This document shows, piece after piece, positions 25,750 through 37,600 of a stretch of DNA of 64,000 nucleotides. Made by a program: the position numbers and the translations under genes. Position 1 is the stretch's first letter; each line of letters begins with the position of its first letter. The notes beneath the pieces were generated by a model that saw only the letters and a list, made by a program, of their open reading frames with translations, did not search any database and was not told where the DNA came from. Source of the DNA: Auanema rhodensis (Eukaryota > Animalia > Nematoda); NCBI GenBank assembly GCA_964057225.1, contig OZ059895.1, forward strand, positions 12,648,001-12,712,000, in the 5' to 3' direction.

Positions 25750-28550
25750 TTAGTTTTGTTTTTTATGACAACGGATGCTCCATTCAAACTATCATTTTCT
25801 AAATAAAGCCAAGCCACCTGATTTAATAGGAAGATTTTTTTATTTGTTTGTTGACGATATTTGTTGTCACAATAATTTCTTTGTTTATGTAAGAGTATTC
25901 TTGGAAAAACCCTGTGATCAGGTGGCCGAGTGGTTAAGGCGATGGACTGCTAATCCATTGGGGTTTCCCCGCGTGAGTTCGAATCTCATCCTGATCGTTA
26001 GTTTTGTTTTTTATCACATCGGATGCTCCATTCAAACTATCATTTTCTAAATAAAGCCAAGCCACCTGATTTAATAGAAAGACTTTATTATTCATTTGTT
26101 GACGTTATTTATTCTCACAATAATTTCTTTGTTTAAGTAAGAGTATTCTTGGAAAAACCCTGTGATCAGGTGGCCGAGTGGTTAAGGCGATGGACTGCTA
26201 ATCCATTGGGGTTTCCCCGCGTGAGTTCGAATCTCATCCTGATCGTTAGTTTTGTTTTTTATGACAACGGATGCTCCATTCAAACTATCATTTTCTAAAT
26301 AAAGCCAAGCCACCTGATTTAATAGGAAGACTTTATTATTCATTTGTTGACGTTATTTATTCTCACAATAATTTCTTTGTTTAAGTAAGAGTATTCTTGG
26401 AAAAACCCTGTGATCAGGTGGCCGAGTGGTTAAGGCGATGGACTGCTAATCCATTGGGGTTTCCCCGCGTGAGTTCGAATCTCATCCTGATCGTTAGTTT
26501 TGTTTTTTATGACAACGGATGCTCCATTCAAACTATCATTTTCTAAATAAAGCCAAGCCACCTGATTTAATAGGAAGATTTTTTTATTTGTTTGTTGACG
26601 ATATTTGTTGTCACAATAATTTCTTTGTTTATGTAAGAGTATTCTTGGAAAAACCCTGTGATCAGGTGGCCGAGTGGTTAAGGCGATGGACTGCTAATCC
26701 ATTGGGGTTTCCCCGCGTGAGTTCGAATCTCATCCTGATCGTTAGTTTTGTTTTTTATCACATCGGATGCTCCATTCAAACTATCATTTTCTAAATAAAG
26801 CCAAGCCACCTGATTTAATAGAAAGACTTTATTATTCATTTGTTGACGTTATTTATTCTCACAATAATTTCTTTGTATAAGTAAGAGTATTCTTGGAAAA
26901 ACCCTGTGATCAGGTGGCCGAGTGGTTAAGGCGATGGACTGCTAATCCATTGGGGTTTCCCCGCGTGAGTTCGAATCTCATCCTGATCGTTAGTTTTGTT
27001 TTTTATCACATCGGATGCTCCATTCAAACTATCATTTTCTAAATAAAGCCAAGCCACCTGATTTAATAGAAAGATTTTATTATTCATTTGTTGACGTTAT
27101 TTATTCTCACAATAATTTCTTTGTTTAAGTAAGAGTATTCTTGGAAAAACCCTGTGATCAGGTGGCCGAGTGGTTAAGGCGATGGACTGCTAATCCATTG
27201 GGGTTTCCCCGCGTGAGTTCGAATCTCATCCTGATCGTTAATTTTGTTTTTTATCACAACGGAGGCTCCATTCAAACTATCCTTTTCTAAATAAAGCCAA
27301 GCCACCTGATTCAATAGAAAGACTTTATTATTCATTTGTTGACGTTATTAATTCTCACAATAATTTCTTTGTTTAAGTAAGAGTATTCTTGGAAAAACCC
27401 TGTGATCAGGTGGCCGAGTGGTTAAGGCGATAGACTGCTAATCCATTGGGGTTTCCCCGCGTGAGTTCGAATCTCATCCTGATCGTTAATTTTGTTTTTT
27501 ATCACAACGGAGGCTCCATTCAAACTATCCTTTTCTAAATAAAGCCAAGCCACCTGATTTAATAGAAAGATTTTATTATTCATTTGTTGACGTTATTTAT
27601 TCTCACAATAATTTCTTTGTTTAAGTAAGAGTATTCTTGGAAAAACCCTGTGATCAGGTGGCCGAGTGGTTAAGGCGATGGACTGCTAATCCATTGGGGT
27701 TTCCCCGCGTGAGTTCGAATCTCATCCTGATCGTTAGTTTTGTTTTTTATCACAACGGACGCTCCATTCAAACTATCATTTTCTAAATAAAGCCAAGCCA
27801 CCTGATTCAATAGAAAAACTTTATTATTCATTTGTTGACGTTATTTATTCTCACAATAATTTCTTTGTTTAAGTAAGAGTATTCTTGGAAAAACCCTGTG
27901 ATCAGGTGGCCGAGTGGTTAAGGCGATAGACTGCTAATCCATTGGGGTTTCCCCGCGTGAGTTCGAATCTCATCCTGATCGTTAGTTTTGTTTTTTATGA
28001 CAACGGATGCTCCATTCAAACTATCATTTTCTAAATAAAGCCAAGCCACCTGATTTAATAGGAAGACTATATTATTCATTTGTTGACGTTATTTATTCTC
28101 ACAATAATTTCTTTGTTTATGTAAGAGTATTCTTGGAAAAACCCTGTGATCAGGTGGCCAAGTGGTTAAGGCGATGGACTGCTAATCCATTGGGGTTTCC
28201 CCGCGTGAGTTCGAATCTCATCCTGATCGTTAGTTTTGTTTTTTATGACAACGGATGCTCCATTCAAACTATCCTTTTCTAAATAAAGCCAAGCCACCTG
28301 ATTCAATAGAAAGACTTTATTATTCATTTGTTGATGTTATTTATTCTCACAATAGTTTCTTTGTTTATGTAAGAGTATTCTTGGAAAAACCCTGTGATCA
28401 GGTGGCCGAGTGGTTAAGGCGATGGACTGCTAATCCATTGGGGTTTCCCCGCGTGAGTTCGAATCTCATCCTGATCGTTAGTCTTGTTTTTTATGACAAC
28501 GGATGCTCCATTCAGACTATCATTTTCTAAATAAAGCCAAGCCACCTGAT

Positions 28551-31500
28551 TTAATAGGAAGACTTTTTTATTTGTTTGTTGACGATATTTGTTGTCACAA
28601 TAATTTCTTGATAGTTTGTTTCAATGATGCGACCTAGTTTCCATGTTCCTCGTGGCAACATGTCGTTTTGTATCAATACTACTTCATCTGGTTGGGGGAA
28701 GATGTTTGTGTGATTTTTTCTATGGTGTTTATGCTTAAATATATCTTTTAAGCTTGTTAGATATTCTTCTTGAAATCGTTTCCAAAATTTAGATGCTGAG
28801 TCTTCTGATAATTGAAGCGCTTCTAGCGCTTGCTCTGTTGATTGAATCGTTTGAATATCGCTATGGATATCAAATATATGAGTATCCGCGTTGTTTTCAG
28901 GTAATGAAAACTTTATGGCTGATGTTAAAAAGTCAATTGGCCTTATGGGTAGAGTATCTAAATTATCTGGGTGTGGATGGGTGAGTGGGCGTGTATTAAT
29001 TATAGCTTCTATTTTTACAATGGCTGTGTGTAAGTCATCCAGGGACATTCGACTAGGAATGAAACATTTTTTGAGTGAAGCTTTGGTTACACCTACTAAA
29101 CGTTCCCAACATCCACCTTTCCAGGGTGATAATGGAGTGTTGTATATCCATTTAATTTTTTGCTGTGCTAGTGTGTTTAGTAAGCTTCTTTCGTTGTAAT
29201 CCGAGGTTTTTTCAAGGGTTTCTAATATTTTTGAGCTCAGAATAAAGTTTCCTGCGCAGTCACTGCGCATAATTTCTGGAGTACCTCTGCGTGATATAAA
29301 TCTATTAAATGCATTCATAAAGGCAACTGTGGATTGATTGGTGACTACCTCTAAGTGAATTGCTCTAGTTGTCATGCATGTAAACAGACAAATATGGACT
29401 TTAGACCCATTTCGAAGGGTGAAGGGGCCCATAAGATCACACCCTGTTGAAAAGAATGCTCTTGTAAGAATCGCTCTATCTTTTGGTAGCGATGGCATAT
29501 CTGGTAATTCATAAGGGTGTGATTGAAATCTTTTACATGTCACACAGTTTTTCAATGTTTGTCTGATGACTCCGGTTATTTTTGGTATGTAGAATTTTTG
29601 TCTCAATTGAATAAGCGTGAAATGTTTGCCTTGATGATTATTGTCTTTGTGTATTTTGTTGATCAGTTTTTTAACTATGGGGTTTGTTTTAAGAAGGAAT
29701 ATAGGGTTTTTCGTCTCTTCGGGAAGAAGAGTATTTTGTAAACGGCTTCTTACGCGATAAATATCCCATGTATCTTTGAAGAATTTTAGATTTATATGTC
29801 TTTGCTGTAAGTCATCAAGGCTCATATTAGATTGACTGTTACTGATCAAAATTTTTTCAATAATGTTGATGTCTTCAACAGTGTGCGTGTCTGTTGATGT
29901 GAGATGTTTTGTTTTTTGCAACTTGTTGGCGTTGTTAGGATGGACTTTAAGAAACCATTTTTTGAATAATTTTCCTACGGTTGTCATTGTTTTGATCACA
30001 TCATCATAGTTTTCACGAATGTTCCAAATATCATCGGTTGGAAGATTGTCTATAATTATGTGGACCACATTGTGATGCTCCGATTCTGATTCTGCGTTAT
30101 TCCTGTTAGAGTTCTTAGGCGAGCCGAATGATGTCAGAGGGTTATGAGCGGAAAGTTTAGTTAACCAATGTGGACCCTTTATCCAGTCGGAATCTTGTAG
30201 TTTCTCGATGTCTGCACCTCGGGATCCGATGTCTGCAGTATTGTACGAGGTTTGTACATGATGTAATTCTACATTGCAACATACTTGTTTGATTTGGTGT
30301 AGCTGTTTATTTATAATGTTTGTTTGATTTTTAATGAACAGTGGGAGGGATTTTAGAGAAATAATCCATGATAGCGCGATGTTGCTATCGCTTACAATGT
30401 TGACTTTTGCCACTTTCGGGCATATGGTTACAATAGCTAATGCCATTCGTACTGCTAAGCGGATGGCTAATAATTCTAATCGAGGAATTGTGGTCTTATT
30501 TTTGGGTGCTATGCGGGATTTACCGTTGAGCAGAGAACTAATCTGCTCGTTTGTTTGGAAATATGAACATGCGGCCATGGCTTGGTTGCTTGCGTCAGCA
30601 AAGACCCATAACTGTGTTGTATGTTCAGAGAATTTAAAATATCTTCTCATGGTCAATTGCTGATTGTTAATGTGATTAATATGTTGTTCCCATTGTTTGA
30701 TATTATCTGATTCAATGGGTTGGTCCCATGATAATTTTGTGTTTATGATTTCTCGCAAGATAAGTTTGAGAGGTAACAGTAATGGTGCTGCTAATCCAAT
30801 GGGATCAAATATTGAGTGTAGCTGACTGAGTAGAATTCTCTTGGTGTAACTTGTGTGAGTCGTTGTTATTTTTATTGGGATAATGAAGGAGTCGTGTTCT
30901 TTATTAAAAGATATGCCAAGTATTTTGGTTGTCATGTTCGGATATCTGTCTTCTTCAGGAAGGTTCTGTATTACTTGTTCGTCGTTTGACAAGAATTCGC
31001 GAACATGCATGTTTATTTCTGTGAATAGTTTTTGGGTTTCTTTACATTTCTTTATAGCTTCTGCTGTTGTATTTGCTGTAAGAATGATATTGTCAACGTA
31101 TAGGTTGTTCAGTATTTCCATAGCTAATGGGTTGTCTACTTTTGATTCTAAGAACCATTTTATGCCCATGTTCAATACGCTGGGGGATGCAGTGATACCG
31201 AACGGTAATCTGTTGAATCGAAGGGTTATGATATTGTTGTGAGATATTGGGTATTCTTTGTTTTTTATCCAAAAGAATTTGCATAGATTTTTGTGATTCT
31301 CTGTCAGTTGTATTTGTAAAAATGCGGCTTTGATATCGCATGTTATTAATATTGGTCTTGTTCTGCAGGAGATCATGATGTCGTGTATATATGTGATAAA
31401 TGATCGTCCTGTGTGTATTATCTCATTCAACGACGGGCTGTCTTTCTGTTTAGCGGAGGCGTCAAAAACGATTCTGAGAGGGTTAGCCTTGCTGGGCTTC

Positions 31501-34001
31501 CAAACCCCATGGTGGGGCATATAAAACTCTAAAGGCTCCTGGTGATTGTTGGGAATTTGTTCGACAATGTTATCTTTGAGGTAACTTTCAATGGTTGTAG
31601 TATAGTGTGAGAGCATTTCTGGATTGTGCAGTAACTTTCGCCATAGGGATACGAATCTATGGTACGCGGGCATTTTGTTGTTTTTAAGATTTTTGAAGTT
31701 ATTTTTTAACGGGAACGGTGCAATAATACGGTTGTTCTCAATTTTTATATCTTTTGAGTATTCTTCATAGTAATCAATAGTGCGGTCTGCGTTGGCATTT
31801 TCTGTATTGATGCCGATAGAATCCAGTTCAAACAGATTGGTGAGGAGTTCTTTATGAGAGGTTTCTTTTGTTATTTCTTCTACTGTAGAGCATAATATTA
31901 CTTCTTGTTGTGTATTATCATCGGGAAGAGGAGCTTCTCCATGTATCATGTGGCCGAATACCGAATTTTTCAATCTCATACGTGAGGGGAGTTTGGTTTC
32001 TTCGTTTAAATGCATGAACAGTTTGTATCTATCCATACCTATCAGTATATCCGGAGTAAATGATTCTCCGTTTGTTTGTGGATTGGCTAATTTTATTTTT
32101 CTTGTCTTTATAAATTTCAAGTCTTCTTTAGATAGTTTTGGACAACGTATGGGTGTGGTTAACATGGGTTTGGTGAATAGTTTTGTTACGATAAGGGATC
32201 CACTTGAGGTTCCAATAATTACCTTTACGTCCTGAACTTCGTGCGTTTCGGACAATGCTCCGATACCGTAAAAGGTTTTCTTTTGAGAACCAAGGATGGG
32301 CAATCCTAACTTAGTGGATAAGTCCTTGGATATAAAAGATCTCATGGATCCTTCATCTATGAGCATGCGTACTTGCTCATATTTTTTACTATTGTGGTTG
32401 TATATGTTCGCCATTGCTGTTCGTAATATTACTTGACTTTCTTCAATATTATGGGTGTCGGCAATGTGATTAAGCGATACTGGTGCATTAAGTGCCTCAG
32501 TAGGGATTCGATTATTAGTGTCAGAGTCTTGTTTATGTTCTGTTGTTTTTTTATTCAATAATTCTTCTGTGGTGATCAGTAAAGCCTGATCTTTTTTAAT
32601 TGTGGGAGTTTCTTTATCTTTTTGGATATTTTGTACACTTTTTCTTCCTTGTGAGCACAAGGCGGAATTATGATCTCCTTGGCAATTGCGACATTTTTGT
32701 TTTCTGCATTCCGAACTTTTGTGTTTATCGGAAAAGCAAATCCAACAGATGGCCTTTCCGCGAATGCGGTACCTTCTTTTCTCTGGTGTTTCAAATGTGG
32801 TGCATTGATAAAAACGATGCTCGGATGAGTCGCAAAAGACACATGGCCAAGTTTGGGTTTTCCGTTGTTCTGCAGTGCTGTCTTTATGTGAAACAGATGT
32901 GACATTGTCTTTGTGATTTCGAAACTTTTGTTCATGACTATTTTTTGTTTGTTCTTTTAGAATAAACGAATAGATTTTATGGTCTACAGCTGCCAGCATT
33001 TCTTTAGTAGAATGGTAGTTGTTTGGATGAATTAGAATGTCTTCCACGATGTGGTATGGGAATTTGTTGAGAATCATCGCGGTACACATTTCGCGGGATA
33101 CTGTAGCTCCGGCTGCTTCAATTTGCCTGATAAGTGCCTTGGTTTCTCCAAATGTTTCTTTGCATGCTTTTGCATTATTGCTTGCAAATCTCAAATTATG
33201 TAGTTGTGTTAAAAGAGAGTTGATATCCGACGAATAGTCTCCAAATTCAGAAACTAATGCTTCACGCATGAGCTCATAATTTTGAGCAGAGGGTTCTATT
33301 CCTCTGATTGCTATTTGTGAATTGCCTTTGAGGCTTTCACAGAGTAGGTTTACCTTTTCTAAGGTTGTAAACTGTTCATTATCATGAACAAGTCTATCAA
33401 AACGGCCCCAGAATGATTTGAAGTTCTCTGGTTTGCCATCAAATGTAGGTAGCGACATCGCTGGTTTTTGGATGCTAGTTTGTTGGATGTGTAGGAATGA
33501 ATTGATAATTTCCAGAAATTGATCATTCGATTTGTTTTCTGTTTCATTGTTTTCTGTTGAGCAATTGCTGTTGTGCTCAGATTCATTCTTATGAAGCGTT
33601 TTTCTCAGCTTTCTAAGTATGCGTTCGGCTTTCATGATGTGTTCGTCAAGCTCAATAATGGCGTTTTGAACCTTTTTAATGTTGGGTTCAAAGTCTTCAT
33701 CGGATGTGAAGGCGATGTACTGTTCGTCTAATGCTTTACGAAGCGTTTTGTCTGATGCTTCGTAAAATTTTTGGAATTTTTTCTCGTTATCTTGATGATT
33801 TTTCAACGATTCTTTGAATTGGTGTTGGACTTTTGTCCAGCGAATGATAAGGCAAGAGAGGGTTTCCTCTTCTTCCTCAGTGTGGAAGTCGCAATCTACC
33901 AGAATACTAGGAAGGTCCTTCACTTCCATCTCGTATCGTGTAAGCAGTTCTCCAAGAAACTGGTTAGATTGTTTGATATGATTGACAAAAAGGAGTGACA
34001 T
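28551..34001 (-). CDS. BEL/Pao Gag-Pol polyprotein (last ~19 codons are read-through into the tRNA array)
   Basis: DUF1759-like LPTFDG...FWGRF; three Cys/His knuckles (CVFC..H..C, CWIC..H..C, CRNC..H..C); protease LIDEGS; RT VFDAS/RLPFG/YVDN; RNase H VFADAS, TIPRLEL; integrase H-H-CVTC, DLMGP, SDCAGNF, GGCWERLVG; tail PRGTWKLGRI. Confidence 0.95.
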   Translation of the reverse strand: MSLLFVNHIKQSNQFLGELLTRYEMEVKDLPSILVDCDFHTEEEEETLSCLIIRWTKVQHQFKESLKNHQDNEKKFQKFYEASDKTLRKALDEQYIAFTSDEDFEPNIKKVQNAIIELDEHIMKAERILRKLRKTLHKNESEHNSNCSTENNETENKSNDQFLEIINSFLHIQQTSIQKPAMSLPTFDGKPENFKSFWGRFDRLVHDNEQFTTLEKVNLLCESLKGNSQIAIRGIEPSAQNYELMREALVSEFGDYSSDINSLLTQLHNLRFASNNAKACKETFGETKALIRQIEAAGATVSREMCTAMILNKFPYHIVEDILIHPNNYHSTKEMLAAVDHKIYSFILKEQTKNSHEQKFRNHKDNVTSVSHKDSTAEQRKTQTWPCVFCDSSEHRFYQCTTFETPEKRRYRIRGKAICWICFSDKHKSSECRKQKCRNCQGDHNSALCSQGRKSVQNIQKDKETPTIKKDQALLITTEELLNKKTTEHKQDSDTNNRIPTEALNAPVSLNHIADTHNIEESQVILRTAMANIYNHNSKKYEQVRMLIDEGSMRSFISKDLSTKLGLPILGSQKKTFYGIGALSETHEVQDVKVIIGTSSGSLIVTKLFTKPMLTTPIRCPKLSKEDLKFIKTRKIKLANPQTNGESFTPDILIGMDRYKLFMHLNEETKLPSRMRLKNSVFGHMIHGEAPLPDDNTQQEVILCSTVEEITKETSHKELLTNLFELDSIGINTENANADRTIDYYEEYSKDIKIENNRIIAPFPLKNNFKNLKNNKMPAYHRFVSLWRKLLHNPEMLSHYTTTIESYLKDNIVEQIPNNHQEPLEFYMPHHGVWKPSKANPLRIVFDASAKQKDSPSLNEIIHTGRSFITYIHDIMISCRTRPILITCDIKAAFLQIQLTENHKNLCKFFWIKNKEYPISHNNIITLRFNRLPFGITASPSVLNMGIKWFLESKVDNPLAMEILNNLYVDNIILTANTTAEAIKKCKETQKLFTEINMHVREFLSNDEQVIQNLPEEDRYPNMTTKILGISFNKEHDSFIIPIKITTTHTSYTKRILLSQLHSIFDPIGLAAPLLLPLKLILREIINTKLSWDQPIESDNIKQWEQHINHINNQQLTMRRYFKFSEHTTQLWVFADASNQAMAACSYFQTNEQISSLLNGKSRIAPKNKTTIPRLELLAIRLAVRMALAIVTICPKVAKVNIVSDSNIALSWIISLKSLPLFIKNQTNIINKQLHQIKQVCCNVELHHVQTSYNTADIGSRGADIEKLQDSDWIKGPHWLTKLSAHNPLTSFGSPKNSNRNNAESESEHHNVVHIIIDNLPTDDIWNIRENYDDVIKTMTTVGKLFKKWFLKVHPNNANKLQKTKHLTSTDTHTVEDINIIEKILISNSQSNMSLDDLQQRHINLKFFKDTWDIYRVRSRLQNTLLPEETKNPIFLLKTNPIVKKLINKIHKDNNHQGKHFTLIQLRQKFYIPKITGVIRQTLKNCVTCKRFQSHPYELPDMPSLPKDRAILTRAFFSTGCDLMGPFTLRNGSKVHICLFTCMTTRAIHLEVVTNQSTVAFMNAFNRFISRRGTPEIMRSDCAGNFILSSKILETLEKTSDYNERSLLNTLAQQKIKWIYNTPLSPWKGGCWERLVGVTKASLKKCFIPSRMSLDDLHTAIVKIEAIINTRPLTHPHPDNLDTLPIRPIDFLTSAIKFSLPENNADTHIFDIHSDIQTIQSTEQALEALQLSEDSASKFWKRFQEEYLTSLKDIFKHKHHRKNHTNIFPQPDEVVLIQNDMLPRGTWKLGRIIETNYQEIIVTTNIVNKQIKKSSY

Positions 34002-34274
34002 TTTTGTTGTAGATGTAGGAATAATGCTTATATTCCTTTTTTGTTTTCTTTTTTCTTTGTTTGTTTGGTGATCACAGTATATGTGAACGTAAGGAAATTG
34101 AAACCTCTGTTTCTAATTTCAGAGTTTGCTTATTGTTCAAGTCTGTTTGGTGTGACTTGACGTGGACTTATGATCGCCACGATTTTTATTAAGTATGTTT
34201 TTTGCTCAAACACGCTTGGTTCGAGTTGTATCTCACCTGCCACGCGGGACTTAAAGCGGCTAAGATCTAAACTA

Positions 34275-34286
34275 GCCGATGCACCA
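34275..34286 (-). promoter_or_regulatory. Primer binding site, tRNA-Gly(GCC) (TGGTGCATCGGC)
   Basis: Complementary to the GCCGATGCA-CCA 3' end of tRNA-Gly(GCC). Confidence 0.75.
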
Positions 34287-34289
34287 ATT

Positions 34290-34531
34290 TGTGGCGTTAT
34301 ACCACAAGTGTATAGTATGGTTGGAAGTAAAACACAAAGCGAATATGTAGAAAAAGGTTTATTGATGAATTAACAAGACAAGCACGGAATAGAATCACTG
34401 ACTGCGAACGTTGAAAATGTAAGACTGTCCTCCGTTGATGGGCGGTCGTCTGAAATAAACTGTTACTTATGCCACATGTTAACACATATGTTATGCATAT
34501 GTGTTTTGATCTAGTTACAAAGGAAGGAGAT

Positions 34532-34576
<45 letters not shown>

Positions 34577-34640
34577 GAGGTATATATATAGAGAGAGAGA
34601 TAGAGATAACAAAAACAAAACCTACTCGCTTATCGCGACA
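34290..34640 (-). repeat. 5' LTR of the BEL element (~351 bp, TGTCGCG...CGCCACA)
   Basis: Canonical TG...CA with imperfect terminal inverted repeat; 3-nt spacer before the PBS; outer end is the array junction. Confidence 0.8.
34534..34607. repeat. (GA)n / (TA)n microsatellite inside the BEL LTR
   Basis: Long AG run interrupted by TATATATATA (likely the LTR TATA box). Confidence 0.9.
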
Positions 34641-37600
34641 TTGACGTTATTTATTCTCACAATAATTTCTTTGTTTAAGTAAGAGTATTCTTGGAAAAAC
34701 CCTGTGATCAGGTGGCCGAGTGGTTAAGGCGATAGACTGCTAATCCATTGGGGTTTCCCCGCGTAAGTTCGAATCTCATCCTGATCGTTAGTTTTGTTTT
34801 TTATGACAACCGATGCTCCATTCAAACTATCATTTTCTAAATAAAGCCAAGCCACCTGATTTAATAGGAAGACTATATTATTCATTTGTTGACGTTATTT
34901 ATTCTCACAATAATTTCTTTGTTTATGTAAGAGTATTCTTGGAAAAACCCTGTGATCAGGTGGCCGAGTGGTTAAGGCGATGGACTGCTAATCCATTGGG
35001 GTTTCCCCGCGTGAGTTCGAATCTCATCCTGATCGTTAGTTTTGTTTTTTATGACAACGGATGCTCCATTCAAACTATCATTTTCTAAATAAAGCCAAGC
35101 CACCTGATTTAATAGGAAGACTATATTATTCATTTGTTGATGTTATTTATTCTCACAATAGTTTCTTTGTTTATGTAAGAGTATTCTTGGAAAAACCCTG
35201 TGATCAGGTGGCCGAGTGGTTAAGGCGATGGACTGCTAATCCATTGGGGTTTCCCCGCGTGAGTTCGAATCTCATCCTGATCGTTAGTCTTGTTTTTTAT
35301 GACAACGGATGCTCCATTCAGACTATCATTTTCTAAATAAAGCCAAGCCACCTGATTTAATAGGAAGACTATATTATTCATTTGTTGATGTTATTTATTC
35401 TCACAATAGTTTCTTTGTTTATGTAAGAGTATTCTTGGAAAAACCCTGTGATCAGGTGGCCGAGTGGTTAAGGCGATGGACTGCTAATCCATTGGGGTTT
35501 CCCCGCGTGAGTTCGAATCTCATCCTGATCGTTAGTCTTGTTTTTTATGACAACGGATGCTCCATTCAGACTATCATTTTCTAAATAAAGCCAAGCCACC
35601 TGATTTAATAGGAAGACTTTTTTATTTGTTTGTTGACGATATTTGTTGTCACAATAATTTCTTTGTTTAAGTAAGAGTATTCTTGGAAAAACCCTTTGAT
35701 CAGGTGGCCGAGTGGTTAAGGCGATGGACTGCTAATCCATTGGGGTTTCCCCGCGTGAGTTCGAATCTCATCCTGATCGTTAGTTTTGTTTTTTATGACA
35801 ACGGATGCTCCATTCAAACTATCATTTTCTAATTAAAGCCAAGCCACCTGATTTAATAGGAAGAATTTATTATTTATTTGTTGAAATTGTTTATTCTCAC
35901 AATAATTTCTTTGTTTAAGTAAGAGTATTCTTGGAAAAACCCTGTGATCAGGTGGCCGAGTGGTTAAGGCGATGGACTGCTAATCCATTGGGGTTTCCCC
36001 GCGTGAGTTCGAATCTCATCCTGATCGTTAGTTTTGTTTTTTATGACAACGGATGCTCCATTCAAACTATCATTTTCTGAATAAAGCCAAGCCACCTGAT
36101 TTAATAGGAAGACTTTTTTATTTGTTTGTTGACGATATTTGTTGTCACAATAATTTCTTTGTTTAAGTAAGAGTATTCTTGGAAAAACCCTTTGATCAGG
36201 TGGCCGAGTGGTTAAGGCGATGGACTGCTAATCCATTGGGGTTTCCCCGCGTGAGTTCGAATCTCATCCTGATCGTTAGTTTTGTTTTTTATGACAACGG
36301 ATGCTCCATTCAAACTATCATTTTCTAAATAAAGCCAAGCCACCTGATTTAATAGGAAGAATTTATTTTTTATTTGTTGAAATTATTTATTCTCACAATA
36401 ATTTCTTTGTTTAAGTAAGAGTATTCTTGGAAAACCCTGTGATCAGGTGGCCGAGTGGTTAAGGCGATGGACTGCTAATCCATTGGGGTTTCCCCGCGTG
36501 AGTTCGAATCTCATCCTGATCGTTAGTCTTGTTTTTTATGACAACGGATGCTCCATTCAGACTATCATTTTCTAAATAAAGCCAAGCCACCTGATTTAAT
36601 AGGAAGACTTTTTTATTTGTTTGTTGACGATATTTGTTGTCACAATAATTTCTTTGTTTAAGTAAGAGTATTCTTGGAAAAACCCTTTGATCAGGTGGCC
36701 GAGTGGTTAAGGCGATGGACTGCTAATCCATTGGGGTTTCCCCGCGTGAGTTCGAATCTCATCCTGATCGTTAGTTTTGTTTTTTATGACAACGGATGCT
36801 CCATTCAAACTATCATTTTCTAAATAAAGCCAAGCCACCTGATTTAATAGGAAGAATTTATTATTTATTTGTTGAAATTGTTTATTCTCACAATAATTTC
36901 TTTGTTTAAGTAAGAGTATTCTTGGAAAAACCCTGTGATCAGGTGGCCGAGTGGTTAAGGCGATGGACTGCTAATCCATTGGGGTTTCCCCGCGTGAGTT
37001 CGAATCTCATCCTGATCGTTAGTTTTGTTTTTTATGACAACGGATGCTCCATTCAAACTATCATTTTCTAAATAAAGCCAAGCCACCTGATTCAATAGAA
37101 AGACTTTATTATTCATTTGTTGACGTTATTTATTCTCACAATAATTTCTTTGTTTAAGTAAGAGTATTTTTTGAAAAACCCTGTGATCAGGTGGCCGAGT
37201 GGTTAAGGCGATGGACTGCTAATCCATTGGGGTTTCCCCGCGTGAGTTCGAATCTCATCCTGATCGTTAGTTTTGTTTATTATGACAACGGATGCTCCAT
37301 TCAAACTATCATTTTCTAAATAAAGCCAAGCCACCCGATTTAATAGGAAGAATTTATTTTTTATTTGTTGAAATTATTTATTCTCACAATAATTTCTTTG
37401 TTTAAGTAAGAGTATTCTTGGAAAACCCTGTGATCAGGTGGCCGAGTGGTTAAGGCGATGGACTGCTAATCCATTGGGGTTTCCCCGCGTGAGTTCGAAT
37501 CTCATCCTGATCGTTAATTTTGTTTTTTATCACAACGGACGCTCCATTCAAACTATCATTTTCTAAATAAAGCCAAGCCACCTGATTCAATAGAAAGACT

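Larger units (their letters stand above)
5265..28609 (+). repeat. Tandem array of tRNA-Ser(GCT) genes, 248-bp unit, about 93 full-length genes (2 inverted)
   Basis: 82-nt tRNA plus ~166-bp AT-rich spacer with 248-bp periodicity (genes at 5274, 5522 ... 28396). Count estimated from coordinates divided by unit length. Confidence 0.97.
28610..34640 (-). mobile_element. BEL/Pao (Belpaoviridae) LTR retrotransposon, 3'-truncated
   Basis: 5' LTR, tRNA-Gly PBS and a single gag-pol ORF with BEL-type motifs. It ends inside the integrase C-terminus; no 3' LTR and no TSD. Confidence 0.93.

Noticed and set aside
34077-34122. Intron-like GT...TTTCAG on the + strand in the BEL leader
   Set aside because: Antisense to the element, very short, and with no exon context.
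28793-34485. Short ORFs overlapping the BEL element (and similar ones over the other retroelements)
   Set aside because: Antisense or off-frame shadows of long coding regions, with no motifs.
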